The notes beneath the pieces were generated by a model. It made no database searches, was not told where the DNA came from, and was given only the letters and a program-made list of their open reading frames with translations. The translations under genes and the position numbers were made by a program. Positions 9,162 to 18,914 of a stretch of 43,692 nt of DNA are shown in pieces. The stretch's first letter is position 1, and every line of letters begins with the position of its first letter. This DNA is from an uncultured Thermus sp. (GTDB lineage Bacteria; Deinococcota; Deinococci; Deinococcales; Thermaceae): contig CAMTVD010000007.1 in NCBI GenBank assembly GCA_947085095.1, positions 1 to 43,692 on the forward strand, written 5' to 3'.

Positions 9162-9921
9162 GTACGAGGTGGTGGGCGAGGGCCCCAGAGTGGTCCTCCT
9201 GAACGGCATCTTCCAGCGCCTGGAGAGCTGGGACCCGGTCCTTCCCCACCTTAAGGGCTTCGCCCTCCTCCGCTACGACATGCGGGGCCAGGGGGAGAGC
9301 GAGGCCCCGGAAGGGTCCTACACCCCTAAGGTCCACGCCGAGGACCTCTTGAGCCTTCTGGACCATCTGGGTTGGGAAAAAGCCGCCCTGGTGGGGCTTT
9401 CCAACGGGGGGATCGTGGCCGTGGCCCTGGCCCTTCTGGCCCCGCACCGGGTCAAGGCCTTGGCCCTGTGTTGCACCACGCCCTACCTGGACCCTGCCCT
9501 CCGGGCCAAGGTGGAAAGCTGGCTCCACGCCCTCAGGACGGGGGGAACCCCCCTCCGCCTGCGGGTGGCCCTCCCTTGGGTCTTCGGATCCGGTTTCCTG
9601 AACGCCCACCCCGAGCTCCTCACGGAAGAGGGCCTACGGGCCCTCGCTGCCCAGGCTCCGAGCGAGGCGGCCCAGGAGCGGCTCCTCCAGGGCTTCCTCA
9701 CCCTGGAGGACCTGCGGCCAGGCCTGGGGGGCCTCTCCCTCCCAAGCCTGGTCCTCTACGGAGAGGAGGACCTCCTCTTCCCAAGGCCCTACGCCCTGGC
9801 CCTGGCGGAGAGCCTGGGGGGGAGGCTCCTGGCCCTGCCCACGGGACACGCCGCCCCCCTCGAGGACCCCCTGGCCTTCGCCCGGGAGGTCAGAGCCTTT
9901 TTGGAGGAGGTGTATGCTTAG
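9148..9921 (+). CDS. Alpha/beta hydrolase (PcaD/enol-lactonase-like)
   Basis: YDMRGQG, GLSNG nucleophile elbow, GEED acid, TGH histidine. Confidence 0.88.
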   Translation: MVRLRYEVVGEGPRVVLLNGIFQRLESWDPVLPHLKGFALLRYDMRGQGESEAPEGSYTPKVHAEDLLSLLDHLGWEKAALVGLSNGGIVAVALALLAPHRVKALALCCTTPYLDPALRAKVESWLHALRTGGTPLRLRVALPWVFGSGFLNAHPELLTEEGLRALAAQAPSEAAQERLLQGFLTLEDLRPGLGGLSLPSLVLYGEEDLLFPRPYALALAESLGGRLLALPTGHAAPLEDPLAFAREVRAFLEEVYA

Positions 9922-10645
9922 CTACCTGGAGGCTGGACAAGGAACGCCGATGGTGCTGGTCCACGGCAACTTCGCCTGCAAGGCGTGGTGGCGGGACCTC
10001 CTGGAAAACCCGCCGGAAGGGGCGAGGCTTCTCGCCCCCGACCTCCCGGGGTTCGGGGAGACTCCGGCTCCCGAGGGCTTCGTTCCCTCCATCCCCGCCT
10101 ATGCCCAGGCCCTGAGGGGCTTCCTGCGGGAGATGGGGGTGGAGGAGGCGGTCCTGGTGGGCCACTCCCTGGGCGGGGCGGTGGCCATGGAGGCGGCTGC
10201 GGAGAGGACCAGGGGCCTCGTCCTCCTCAACTCCGCACCTCCCTCGGGCCTACAGACCCCCGAGGCCTACTACCCCGTCCTGGAGTCCTACCGCCAGAAC
10301 CGCGAGGCCCTGGCCCAGGCCCTTTCGGCCATGGCCCCCACCCACCGCCCCCCCTGGTTCCAAGAGTTGCTGGACTGCGCCCAGAGGATGCACCCCGCCC
10401 ACTACCAGGGGAACGCCCGGGCCCTTTCGGCCTGGCGGGCCTCCCAGGCCTACCCTGGCCCCGTCCTCGTCCTCTACGGGGTCTTGGATCCCATCGTCAC
10501 CCGGGCCATGGCCGAGGAGACGGCGGCCTTCTTCCCCAGGGGGCGGCTTCGGGTCCTGGAGGGGGTGGGCCACTCCCTGAACCTGGAGGACCCGGTGCGG
10601 CTCAAGGCTATTCTGGAAGAGTTCCTTAAGGAGGTGGTGGGATGA
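9914..10645 (+). CDS. Alpha/beta hydrolase (HGN type; possible 3HB-ester/PHB depolymerase)
   Basis: LVHGN oxyanion loop, DLPGFG, GHSLG, VGH. Confidence 0.85.
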   Translation: MLSYLEAGQGTPMVLVHGNFACKAWWRDLLENPPEGARLLAPDLPGFGETPAPEGFVPSIPAYAQALRGFLREMGVEEAVLVGHSLGGAVAMEAAAERTRGLVLLNSAPPSGLQTPEAYYPVLESYRQNREALAQALSAMAPTHRPPWFQELLDCAQRMHPAHYQGNARALSAWRASQAYPGPVLVLYGVLDPIVTRAMAEETAAFFPRGRLRVLEGVGHSLNLEDPVRLKAILEEFLKEVVG

Positions 10646-11067
10646 GGTTCCAGGTGGGGGACCGGGCCAGCTACACCCAGACCATCTCCGAGGCCCACGT
10701 GGCCCTCTTCGTGGGGGCGGTGGGGGACACCAACCCCCTCCACGTGGACGAGGCCTACGCCAAAAGGAGCCGCTTCGGCGGGCGCATCGCCCAGGGGATC
10801 CTGGTGGCGGGGCTCATCTCCACGGTGATCGGCACCAAGCTCCCTGGAGTGGGGGCCATCTACCTGGGCCAGACCCTGCGCTTCCTGAAGCCTGTCTACT
10901 TGGGGGACACCATCACCGCCACCGCCGTGGTTAAGGCGGTGCGGGAGCGGGAAAAGGGGGGGTATGTCCTCACCCTGGACACCTTCTGCGAGAACGAGCG
11001 GGGGGAGAGGGTCCTCGAGGGGGAGGCCACCGTGCTTTACGAGGAACCTACGGGCGGAACGCCCTAG
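10642..11067 (+). CDS. MaoC/PhaJ-like (R)-specific enoyl-CoA hydratase
   Basis: GDTNPLH hydratase motif, RIAQG, FLKPVYLGDT. Confidence 0.9.
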   Translation: MRFQVGDRASYTQTISEAHVALFVGAVGDTNPLHVDEAYAKRSRFGGRIAQGILVAGLISTVIGTKLPGVGAIYLGQTLRFLKPVYLGDTITATAVVKAVREREKGGYVLTLDTFCENERGERVLEGEATVLYEEPTGGTP

Positions 11068-11086
11068 GGAATGAAGGAGGTAGAGC

Positions 11087-12265
11087 ATGAGGAAAGGTGT
11101 TGTGGCGCTTTTGGTTTTTGCCTTGAATCTGGCCTGGGCCCAGACCCAGGTCAAGGTGGGGGTCATCCTGCCCCTCTCGGGAGCCTCCAGCGTGGCGGGC
11201 AAGGCGGCCCTGAACGGCATCCAGCTGGCCGCCGATGAGGTCAACGCCGCCGGCAAGGTGCGTCTGGAACTGGTGGTGGTGGACGACGGGACCGATCCCG
11301 CCAAGGCGGTGCCCGCCTTCACCAAGCTGATGACCGTGGACCGGGTGGACATCGTCATCGGGGGGCTGGCCAGTAGCGTGGCCTTCGCCCTCTCCGGCCC
11401 TACAAAGCAGCACAACCCCCTGTTCCTGTGCATCGGGGCCGCCTCCTCCGTGGTGGAGCAGGCCTTTGAGGGCTACCCCCTCTTCTTCCACTACCACCCC
11501 TGGGACTACCACAACGTGGCTGCCGCCCTGCAGTTCTTCCAGTACCTCAACAAGGAGCAGGGGGCCACCAAGGTGGCCATCCTCTACGAGGACGGACCCT
11601 TTGGCTCGGCGGGAATCGGGGTCTACAGGCAGCAGCTGGAGCGCCTGGGCTACCAGGTGCAGGCGGAGCCCTACAAGGCGGGCAGCGGCCAGTTCACCCC
11701 CATCCTCACCCGCTTCCGGGCCTTTGCCCCCGATATCCTTTACTGGATCGGGTACGATGTAGACGCCCTGCCCATCGCCACCCAGACCCGGCAGGTGGGG
11801 CTCAGGCCCAAGCTCATCTACGGGGCCCCGCCTTCCTGGCCCGTTGGCTTTGAGAAAAACCCCCTGTCCCAGGACGTGGCGGGGATGACCGCCTGGCTCC
11901 CCACGGTGCCCAACGCCGAGTCCCGGCGCTTTGTCCAGGCCTACCGCAACAAGTACGGGGAGGTAACCGAGGAGTACATGGCCCCCATGGGCTACACCAT
12001 CGTGAAGAGCCTGGCCCTGGCGGCAGAGCGGGCGGGGAGCGCCGACAAGAACCGGATCGCCGAGGCCTTGGCCGCCCTCCGCATGAACACCCCTTTCGGC
12101 CCCCTGAGCTTCAAGCCCTCGGACACGGGGAGGACCAGGTACCAGGGCTTCGGCCCAGAGATCTGGTTCCAGTTCCAGTACATCCAGGGAACCCGCCGTC
12201 CGGTCTTCCCCAAGGACAAGGCCAGCGTGCCCCTCCGTTACCCTGGGGAGTACTACCTGCGCTAG
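11087..12265 (+). CDS. LIV-family ABC transporter substrate-binding protein
   Basis: Signal peptide ending AWA, KVGVILPLSG, VVDD, type I periplasmic binding fold; AAGGAGG RBS. Confidence 0.92.
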   Translation: MRKGVVALLVFALNLAWAQTQVKVGVILPLSGASSVAGKAALNGIQLAADEVNAAGKVRLELVVVDDGTDPAKAVPAFTKLMTVDRVDIVIGGLASSVAFALSGPTKQHNPLFLCIGAASSVVEQAFEGYPLFFHYHPWDYHNVAAALQFFQYLNKEQGATKVAILYEDGPFGSAGIGVYRQQLERLGYQVQAEPYKAGSGQFTPILTRFRAFAPDILYWIGYDVDALPIATQTRQVGLRPKLIYGAPPSWPVGFEKNPLSQDVAGMTAWLPTVPNAESRRFVQAYRNKYGEVTEEYMAPMGYTIVKSLALAAERAGSADKNRIAEALAALRMNTPFGPLSFKPSDTGRTRYQGFGPEIWFQFQYIQGTRRPVFPKDKASVPLRYPGEYYLR

Positions 12266-12266
12266 C

Positions 12267-13124
12267 ATGGAGCTCCTCCTCCAGACCCTCCTGAACGGCC
12301 TCCTCATAGCTGGGGTTTATGCCCTGGTGGCCACGGGCCTTGCGCTCTCCCTAGGGGTGGTGGGCATCGTGAACTTCGCCCACGGGGAGTTCCTCATGGT
12401 GGGGGCCTTCCTCTCCTACCTCCTCTTCGCTACCCGGGGGGTGGACCCCCTCTTCTCCCTGGGGCTGGCTTTCCTGGCCGCCTTCCTGGTAGGGGCCCTC
12501 ACCTACCACGGCCTCATCCGTCCGGTCCTAAGGGCTCCGGAACTCAACCAGATGCTCCTCACTTTTGGACTTTCCATCTTCCTGCAGAACCTGGCCCTCC
12601 TCCTCTTCGGGGCGGACACCCGGGTGGTAGCGCCCCCTTACCAGGCGGCTACCCTGGCCATCGGTCCTTTCTTCTTGGGAGCGGTACCCTTGGGCGCTTT
12701 CTTTCTCTCCTTGTCCCTGCTCCTCGCCTTGTACCTCTTCCTCACCCGGGCTCCCCTAGGCCTGGCCATGCGGGCGGTGGCCCAGAACCGTCTGGCCCCA
12801 GGGCTTTTGGGCATAGAGGCGGAGAAGGTCTACTTATTGGCCTTCGGCCTGGCGGCGGCCTTGGCCGGGGTGGCCGGGGTGATGCTCTCCGTGATGCTCT
12901 ACGCCAGCCCTACCGTGGGCTTTCTCTTCACCCTCAAGTCCTTCGCCATCGTGGCCTTGGCGGGGCTTGGGAACCTGAGGGGGGTCATCCCGGCTGCCCT
13001 GGTGCTGGCTCTGGCCGAGGCCCTGGTGAGCACCTACGTGCCGGGAGGAGGGGGTCTGGTGGAAGCGGTCTTCTTCCTGGTCCTTTTCCTGGCCCTGGTG
13101 GGTCGGGCCTGGAGGTGGGGATGA
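12267..13124 (+). CDS. LIV-family ABC permease (LivH-like)
   Basis: YALVATGL..VNFAHG, GLAMRAVAQN, LAGLGN motifs. Confidence 0.92.
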   Translation: MELLLQTLLNGLLIAGVYALVATGLALSLGVVGIVNFAHGEFLMVGAFLSYLLFATRGVDPLFSLGLAFLAAFLVGALTYHGLIRPVLRAPELNQMLLTFGLSIFLQNLALLLFGADTRVVAPPYQAATLAIGPFFLGAVPLGAFFLSLSLLLALYLFLTRAPLGLAMRAVAQNRLAPGLLGIEAEKVYLLAFGLAAALAGVAGVMLSVMLYASPTVGFLFTLKSFAIVALAGLGNLRGVIPAALVLALAEALVSTYVPGGGGLVEAVFFLVLFLALVGRAWRWG

Positions 13125-14020
13125 GGTGGGCGGCGCTCTTCCTTCTGGCCTTTGCCCTCTTGCCCTTCCTGCCCCTTGGCATGTGGCGGGCCTACCTCTT
13201 GGATGCGGGGGTCTTCATGCTCCTCTACACCGCCTTGGCCCTCTCTTGGGACCTGGTGGCCCGCACCGGCCAGCTCTCCCTGGCCCATGGCGCCTTCTTT
13301 GGGCTTGGGGCCTATGGGGTAGGGCTCCTCGTGCCCCACGTGGGGACCCTCCCCGCCCTGGCCCTGGGGAGCCTGCTTGCGGGGTTTTTCGCCCTCCTCC
13401 TGGGTTCGGTAACCTTGAGGCTCCACGGCCTTTACTTCGCCATCGCCAGCCTGGCCTTCAGCGAGGTGCTGAGGACCCTGGCCCTGAAGCTCCCCTTCAC
13501 CGGCGGGCCCATTGGCCTTCCCGTTCCCCCGGCCTTTGGCGGCGGTGCACCCTTAGCGCCCTACTACCTGGCCTTCGCCGTTTTAGTCCTGGCCGTGGGC
13601 CTAAGCCTCTGGGCCGAGCGTAGCCCCTTCCGCCTGGCCCAGGCGGCCTGCCGGCAGTCCGAGCCCGTGGCCCGGGTTTTGGGGGTGCGGGTGGTGCGGG
13701 TGAAGCTCCTTTCCCTCCTCCTGGGAAGCCTGGTAGCGGGCCTGGCTGGAGGGGTCTACGCCATGAAGGCCCTCTTCATCAACCCTTACGAGGCCTTCAG
13801 CCTGGGGCGGGCGGTGGAGGCCTTGGTCATCCCCATCTTCGGCGGGCTTTACACCACCTTGGGCCCCCTTCTCGGGGGCGTGGTCCTGGTGGGGCTGGAG
13901 CAGGTCCTAAGGCTTTGGATCCAGGAGGGGTACCTGGTGGTCTACGGGGCCATCCTCATCCTGGCCATCCTGTTCTTGCCCCGCGGGCTTCTTGGGCTAC
14001 TGGGGAGGCGGCGTGGCTAA
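13121..14020 (+). CDS. LIV-family ABC permease (LivM-like)
   Basis: GQLSLAHGAFFGLGAY, LHGLYFAIASL, TGG, LPRGL motifs. Confidence 0.92.
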   Translation: MRWAALFLLAFALLPFLPLGMWRAYLLDAGVFMLLYTALALSWDLVARTGQLSLAHGAFFGLGAYGVGLLVPHVGTLPALALGSLLAGFFALLLGSVTLRLHGLYFAIASLAFSEVLRTLALKLPFTGGPIGLPVPPAFGGGAPLAPYYLAFAVLVLAVGLSLWAERSPFRLAQAACRQSEPVARVLGVRVVRVKLLSLLLGSLVAGLAGGVYAMKALFINPYEAFSLGRAVEALVIPIFGGLYTTLGPLLGGVVLVGLEQVLRLWIQEGYLVVYGAILILAILFLPRGLLGLLGRRRG

Positions 14021-14738
14021 GGTCTTAGAGGTCCAAGGGGTGTCCAAGCGCTTTCTCGGGCTAAAGGCCCTGCAGGGGGTCACGCTCCACCTGGAGGAAG
14101 GGGAGATCCTGGCGGTGATCGGCCCCAACGGAGCGGGAAAGAGCACCTTGCTCAACGTGATCTCCGGCCTTCTCCGGCCAGACGCAGGCCGGGTCCTCCT
14201 CCTGGGCGAGGACGTGACCCACCTCCCCCCCGAGGCCCGCACCCATTTGGGCCTGGGCCGGGCCTTCCAGATTCCCAGCCCCCTGGCCGAGCTCACGGTG
14301 CGGGAGAACCTCCTGGTGGGTGCCCTCTTCGGCAAGCCAGGCCGGAGCCGGAAGGAGGCGGAGGCCTGGGTGGAGGAGGTCCTGCGGCTCACGGGGCTTT
14401 ACCCCAAGGCCGAGGCCCTGGCGGGGGAGCTCACCCTCTTGGAGGACAAACGCCTGGAGCTGGCCCGGGCCCTGGCCACCGCTCCCAAAGTCCTTCTCCT
14501 GGACGAGGTCATGGCGGGGCTCCGTCCCAAGGAGGCGGCGGAGGCGGTGGACTTGGTGCGCCGGGTCCGGGAGTCTGGGGTTAGCGTCCTCTTCATTGAG
14601 CACCTGATGCCCGTGGTGCGGGCCTTGGCGGACCGGGTGGTGGTCTTGGACTACGGGGAGGTCATCGCCGAGGGCACTTACGAGCGGGTGGCCCAGGAGG
14701 AAAGGGTGCGGGAGGCCTATTTAGGGAGGCGGGCGTGA
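14013..14738 (+). CDS. LIV-family ABC ATPase (LivG-like)
   Basis: GPNGAGKST, LLLDEVMAGL, IEH, VREAYLG. Confidence 0.92.
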   Translation: MAKVLEVQGVSKRFLGLKALQGVTLHLEEGEILAVIGPNGAGKSTLLNVISGLLRPDAGRVLLLGEDVTHLPPEARTHLGLGRAFQIPSPLAELTVRENLLVGALFGKPGRSRKEAEAWVEEVLRLTGLYPKAEALAGELTLLEDKRLELARALATAPKVLLLDEVMAGLRPKEAAEAVDLVRRVRESGVSVLFIEHLMPVVRALADRVVVLDYGEVIAEGTYERVAQEERVREAYLGRRA

Positions 14739-15439
14739 GGCTTACGGCGGAGGCCTTGGAGGCTGGCTACGGCAAGGCCCAGGTCCTCTTTGGGGTGGGC
14801 CTCGAGGTGGGGGAAGGGGAGAGGGTGGCCCTCCTCGGGGCCAACGGGGCGGGGAAGACCACCCTGTTGCGGGTCGTCTCTGGCCTGGTGAGGCCTTGGG
14901 CGGGCCGGGTCCTTCTGGACGGGCGCGACCTCAAGGGGCTTTCCCCCGCCAAAAGGGCCCGCTTGGGCCTGGGGCACGTGCCCGAGGGGCGGCAGCTGTT
15001 TCCCCTGATGACCGTGGAGGAGAACCTGAGGCTAGGGGCGGTCTTCCTGGCCCCGGGGAAGGAGAAGGAGGGGTACCAAAGGGTTTACGCCCTCTTTCCC
15101 CGCCTAGGGGAGAGGCGGCGGCAACTGGCGGGGACCCTCTCGGGGGGGGAGCAGCAGATGCTGGCCATCGGCCGGGCCCTCATGGGCTTTCCCAAAATCC
15201 TCCTGGTGGACGAGCCTTCCCTGGGCCTCTCCCCGAGGCTCGCAGAGGAGGTTCTTCTGGCGCTCAAGGCCGTGGCGGGGGAGGGTGTGGGGGTGCTCTT
15301 GGTGGAGCAGAACGTGGCCCTCACCCTCGAGGTGGCGGAAAGGGCCTACGTCCTGGAGCACGGGAGGGTGGTTCTGGAAGGTCCCGCCCGGGACCTGGCC
15401 CAAGACCCTAGGGTGCGGGAGGCCTACCTGAGCCTTTAG
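14735..15439 (+). CDS. LIV-family ABC ATPase (LivF-like)
   Basis: GANGAGKTT, VPEGR, LSGGEQQML, DEPSLGL, VEQN. Confidence 0.92.
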   Translation: MRLTAEALEAGYGKAQVLFGVGLEVGEGERVALLGANGAGKTTLLRVVSGLVRPWAGRVLLDGRDLKGLSPAKRARLGLGHVPEGRQLFPLMTVEENLRLGAVFLAPGKEKEGYQRVYALFPRLGERRRQLAGTLSGGEQQMLAIGRALMGFPKILLVDEPSLGLSPRLAEEVLLALKAVAGEGVGVLLVEQNVALTLEVAERAYVLEHGRVVLEGPARDLAQDPRVREAYLSL

Positions 15440-15448
15440 AATGGGATC

Positions 15449-16201
15449 GTGACGCTATCCAAAAGGACGGTGCTGGTCACCGGGGCGGGAAGCGGCATCG
15501 GCCTGGCCATGGCCCGGGCCTTTGCCCGGGAAGGGGCGAGGGTTTTGCTCCATGACGTGAAGGACGCCTCCGGGCTGGCGGAGGAGCTTGGGGGGGTCTT
15601 CCTCCAGGCGGACCTTTCCGATCCCCAAGCGGTGGAGGCCCTGGGCCGGAAGGCGGCGGAGCTGGGCGTGGACATCCTGGTCAACAACGCCGGTTTCCAG
15701 CACATTGACCCGGTGGAGGATTTCCCCTTGGAGACATGGCAGAAGATGGTCCAGGTCATGCTCACCGCTCCTTTCCAGCTCATCAAGGCCCTTTTTCCCG
15801 GGATGAAACGGAAGGGGTGGGGGCGGGTCATCAACGTGGCCAGCGTGCACGGCCTGGTGGCGAGCCCATATAAAAGCGCCTACATCAGCGCCAAGCACGG
15901 GCTCATCGGCCTCACCAAGACGGTGGCCCTCGAGGCCGGCCCCCACGGCATCACGGTGAACGCCATCGCTCCCGCCTACGTGCGCACCCCTTTGGTGGAG
16001 GGGCAGATCCAGGACCAGGCCCGCACCCTGGGGATCTCCCCTGAGGAGGTGGCCGAGAAGGTGTTTCTGGCCCAGGCCGCCATCAAGCGCCTCATAGAGC
16101 CCGAGGAGGTGGCGGAACTGGCCCTTTTCCTGGCCTCGGACAAGGCCTCGGCCATCACCGGGGCCGTTTTCCCCATAGACCTGGGCTGGACCGCGCGGTA
16201 G
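15449..16201 (+). CDS. bdhA: D-3-hydroxybutyrate dehydrogenase
   Basis: TGAGSGIG, NNAGFQH, SVHGLVASPYKSAYISAKHG: signature of HBDH-type SDRs. Confidence 0.88.
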   Translation: MTLSKRTVLVTGAGSGIGLAMARAFAREGARVLLHDVKDASGLAEELGGVFLQADLSDPQAVEALGRKAAELGVDILVNNAGFQHIDPVEDFPLETWQKMVQVMLTAPFQLIKALFPGMKRKGWGRVINVASVHGLVASPYKSAYISAKHGLIGLTKTVALEAGPHGITVNAIAPAYVRTPLVEGQIQDQARTLGISPEEVAEKVFLAQAAIKRLIEPEEVAELALFLASDKASAITGAVFPIDLGWTAR

Positions 16202-16239
16202 AGGCCTGCGGGACCCCGGCCCCTGGGGTAAGATGGGGC

Positions 16240-16740
16240 ATGGAGCTTTTCCTGGTGCGCCACGCCATTGCCCTGCCCCTTCCCGAGGGAGCGGGGGAGG
16301 AGGCGGACGATGCCCGGCCCCTCACGCCCAAGGGGGTGCGGCGCTTCCGCAAGGGGGTGCGGGGCCTTGCGGCTTTGGGGGTGGAGCTGGACCTGATCCT
16401 GACGAGCCCCAAGCGCCGGGCCCTGGAGACGGCGGAGCTCCTCGCCGATCTGCTGCAGGGGGAGGTCAGGGTCAGCCCCCACCTGGCCGAGCCCCCGGGG
16501 GAGGAGCTCCTGGCAGAGATCCCCCAGGAGGGCCGGGTGGCCCTGGTGGGGCACGAGCCCTACCTGTCGGCCCTCCTGGCCCAGCTCCTCTTTGGAGACC
16601 TCTTGGGGGGTTCGGTGCGGGACATCCTGGAGGGGCGCTTTTCCCTCAAGAAGGGTGGGGTGGCCTGGCTGGAGGGCACGCCACGCCCTGGGGGGATGGC
16701 CCTAAAGGCCCTTTTCCCGCCAAAGGTCTTCCGCCTGTGA
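16240..16740 (+). CDS. sixA: Phosphohistidine phosphatase SixA
   Basis: LVRHAIA, D..RPLT, TSP..RA.ETA, VGHEP, LKKGG. Confidence 0.9.
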   Translation: MELFLVRHAIALPLPEGAGEEADDARPLTPKGVRRFRKGVRGLAALGVELDLILTSPKRRALETAELLADLLQGEVRVSPHLAEPPGEELLAEIPQEGRVALVGHEPYLSALLAQLLFGDLLGGSVRDILEGRFSLKKGGVAWLEGTPRPGGMALKALFPPKVFRL

Positions 16741-17426
16741 GGGAGGCTGAGGCCTGGGTGGCCCACCTGGAGGCCCACCTGCCCCTGGCCCTTTCGGGCG
16801 AGGACCCCGAGGGGGTGCACCAGGTGCGGGTGGCGGGGAGGCGGCTTCGGGTCTACCTGGAGCTTTTGGGCCTTCGGGTCCTCAAGGACGACCTCCGCTT
16901 CCTGCTGCGGCAGGCGGGGCGGGTACGGGACCTGGAGGTGGCCCTGGGGTGGGCGCTTCCCCAGGGGGTTCGGGGCCAGCTGGAGGCGGAGCTTAAGGGG
17001 GCGCGGGAAGCCCTTTCCGGCCTCCTTCTCTCCCCGTGGATGGGGGGCCTTCTCCGGGCCCTACGCCACCTGCCCCCGCTGGACCAAAAGCGGGCCCGGG
17101 GGCGGCTTGCCCGCCTAGAGGGCCGCCTAAAGGGCCTTTGGCGGGACTTGAAGGAGGAGGCGAGTCCGGAGGGGCTCCACGCCTACCGCCGGATGCTGAG
17201 GCGGGTGCGGTACGCCAAGGAGTTCCTGGGCCTCCCCGCCAGGCGGGAAAAGGCCTTGCAGGAGGTTTTGGGAGAGCTCAACGACCTGGAGGTGCTTTGG
17301 CGCCTCCTCCTCACTTACCCCCAGAGCCCCGCCGATGAGGAGACGGTCCGCTTCCTGGAAGAGATGGAGCGGGCGCGGCTTCAGGCCTTTTCCCGGGCCC
17401 TGGAGGAGTTGGGCCTTGGGCGCTAA
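16737..17426 (+). CDS. CHAD domain protein (polyphosphate-binding family)
   Basis: EGVHQVRVAGRRLR, VRDLEV, LHAYRRMLRRVRY, LQEVLGELND; GTGA overlap with sixA. Confidence 0.88.
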   Translation: MREAEAWVAHLEAHLPLALSGEDPEGVHQVRVAGRRLRVYLELLGLRVLKDDLRFLLRQAGRVRDLEVALGWALPQGVRGQLEAELKGAREALSGLLLSPWMGGLLRALRHLPPLDQKRARGRLARLEGRLKGLWRDLKEEASPEGLHAYRRMLRRVRYAKEFLGLPARREKALQEVLGELNDLEVLWRLLLTYPQSPADEETVRFLEEMERARLQAFSRALEELGLGR

Positions 17427-17501
17427 ACGGGTGATCCCCTGCGCCCCCAGCAAACTGGCTCCACCCAAGCTCAGGATCAGGGGCGGTGGTATATTGGCGT
17501 C

Positions 17502-18911
17502 ATGGCAGAGAAGGCCGACCTCGGCTTCCTTTGGGAAAGGTACAAGGAGGAGGTGCGGAAAGGGGGGAACGCCCAGGCCCTTTATCGGGAGATGATCTGG
17601 CCCGCTTTGCTGGAGAAGTGGCGGGAGTCCCCCAACGTCCACCCCCTCCGGCAAGACTTCGCCGTTTCCGTGCACACGTTGGGCACCAGCCCCGAGGCCA
17701 CGGTCCTGGCTATCCTGGGTACCGGGGCGGACCAGGTTTACGTCCTGCACACGGAGGAGAGTAGGGGTTTCCTTGCCCGCTTGCGGGAGGAGACGGGTAA
17801 GGAGGTTTATCCCATAGCCATCGGCAAGAGCGACGTGGCCGCCATCTACCGCCAGGTGAGGGAGATTCTGGAGAGGCACGGGGAAAAGCCCGTGGCCCTG
17901 GACCTCACCAGCGGCACCAAGGCCATGAGTGCCGGGCTCGCCGCCGCCGGCTTCTTCTTCCAGCGCTTCTTCCCTAAGGTCCGCGTGGTCTACGTGGACA
18001 ACGAGGACTACGGTCCCGAGCTCCGCCGTCCCCGGGCGGGCACGGAGCGGCTCGTCATCCTCCCGAACCCCCACGAGGCCCTCGCCGAAGTGGACGCGCT
18101 CTTCGCCAAGGAGCTCTACGGGAAGGGGGAGTTCGCCAAGGCGGCGGCCTACTTCGGCAGCATGGTGGGGAAGACCGGGGATCATCGGTACGCCCTCTAC
18201 GGGATGCTGGCCGGGATGTACCACGCCTGGCGGGCCCTGGATGCCGCCGAGGGGGTTAAGCAGGGGCGGGCGCTCCTCAACCGCCTCTCGGAAAACGCCT
18301 GGCTCACCCACCCCCTGAACGGGCAGCGCAGGACCCTCGAGGGCCAGGTGGCCCTCCTGGAGGCGGTGAGGCGGTTTTTGGAGGTCCAAGACTTCGGGGA
18401 GAAGCGCGGGGTGTGGGGCCTTGCCCAGACCCTCCTCCTCCTCTCCCAGGAGGCGGTGCGGACCCACCCCGTCCTCGCCGCCCTCTACGCCTACCGGGCC
18501 CTGGAGCTCCTCTTGCAGGAGCGGCTCGCCCTCCTCGGGCGGCGGGCGGACGACCCTAAGCTTTCCCCGGAGGAAGAGGAGGCTACGCGGCAGGAGCTCA
18601 TCCGCCTCCTTCCCGACACTGGGAAAAAGGAGAAGGTAAGGGTTGGGCCGAAGCTTGGGCTTTTGGACCTTTTGGCCTTCCTCCGGACCAAGGAGGACCC
18701 CGAGGTGGCGAAGCTCCCCTTGGCGGAGGTGCGGGGCCTGGTGGGGGTTTTGCAGGCCAGGAACGACGCGCTTCTGGTGCACGGGTTTGCGGTGCCCACG
18801 GAGAAGCAGGTGAAAGAGCTGCATAAGCTGGCTCAGGTCCTCCTTCGCGACCTCGAGGCCCGCTCCGGGGTCCAAGGCCTCTCCCTGGAGCCCGTTTCCC
18901 TGGGGTTTTAG
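17502..18911 (+). CDS. csm6: CRISPR-associated CARF-HEPN ribonuclease Csm6 (TTHB152-like)
   Basis: CARF motifs TLGTSPE and DLTSGTKAMS, YRALEL, HEPN motif RNDALLVHG. Confidence 0.9.
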   Translation: MAEKADLGFLWERYKEEVRKGGNAQALYREMIWPALLEKWRESPNVHPLRQDFAVSVHTLGTSPEATVLAILGTGADQVYVLHTEESRGFLARLREETGKEVYPIAIGKSDVAAIYRQVREILERHGEKPVALDLTSGTKAMSAGLAAAGFFFQRFFPKVRVVYVDNEDYGPELRRPRAGTERLVILPNPHEALAEVDALFAKELYGKGEFAKAAAYFGSMVGKTGDHRYALYGMLAGMYHAWRALDAAEGVKQGRALLNRLSENAWLTHPLNGQRRTLEGQVALLEAVRRFLEVQDFGEKRGVWGLAQTLLLLSQEAVRTHPVLAALYAYRALELLLQERLALLGRRADDPKLSPEEEEATRQELIRLLPDTGKKEKVRVGPKLGLLDLLAFLRTKEDPEVAKLPLAEVRGLVGVLQARNDALLVHGFAVPTEKQVKELHKLAQVLLRDLEARSGVQGLSLEPVSLGF

Positions 18912-18914
18912 CCC

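Noticed and set aside
16233..17426. SixA-CHAD fusion (397-aa ORF)
   Set aside because: The first part is an off-frame reading of sixA; the two genes are separate with a GTGA overlap.
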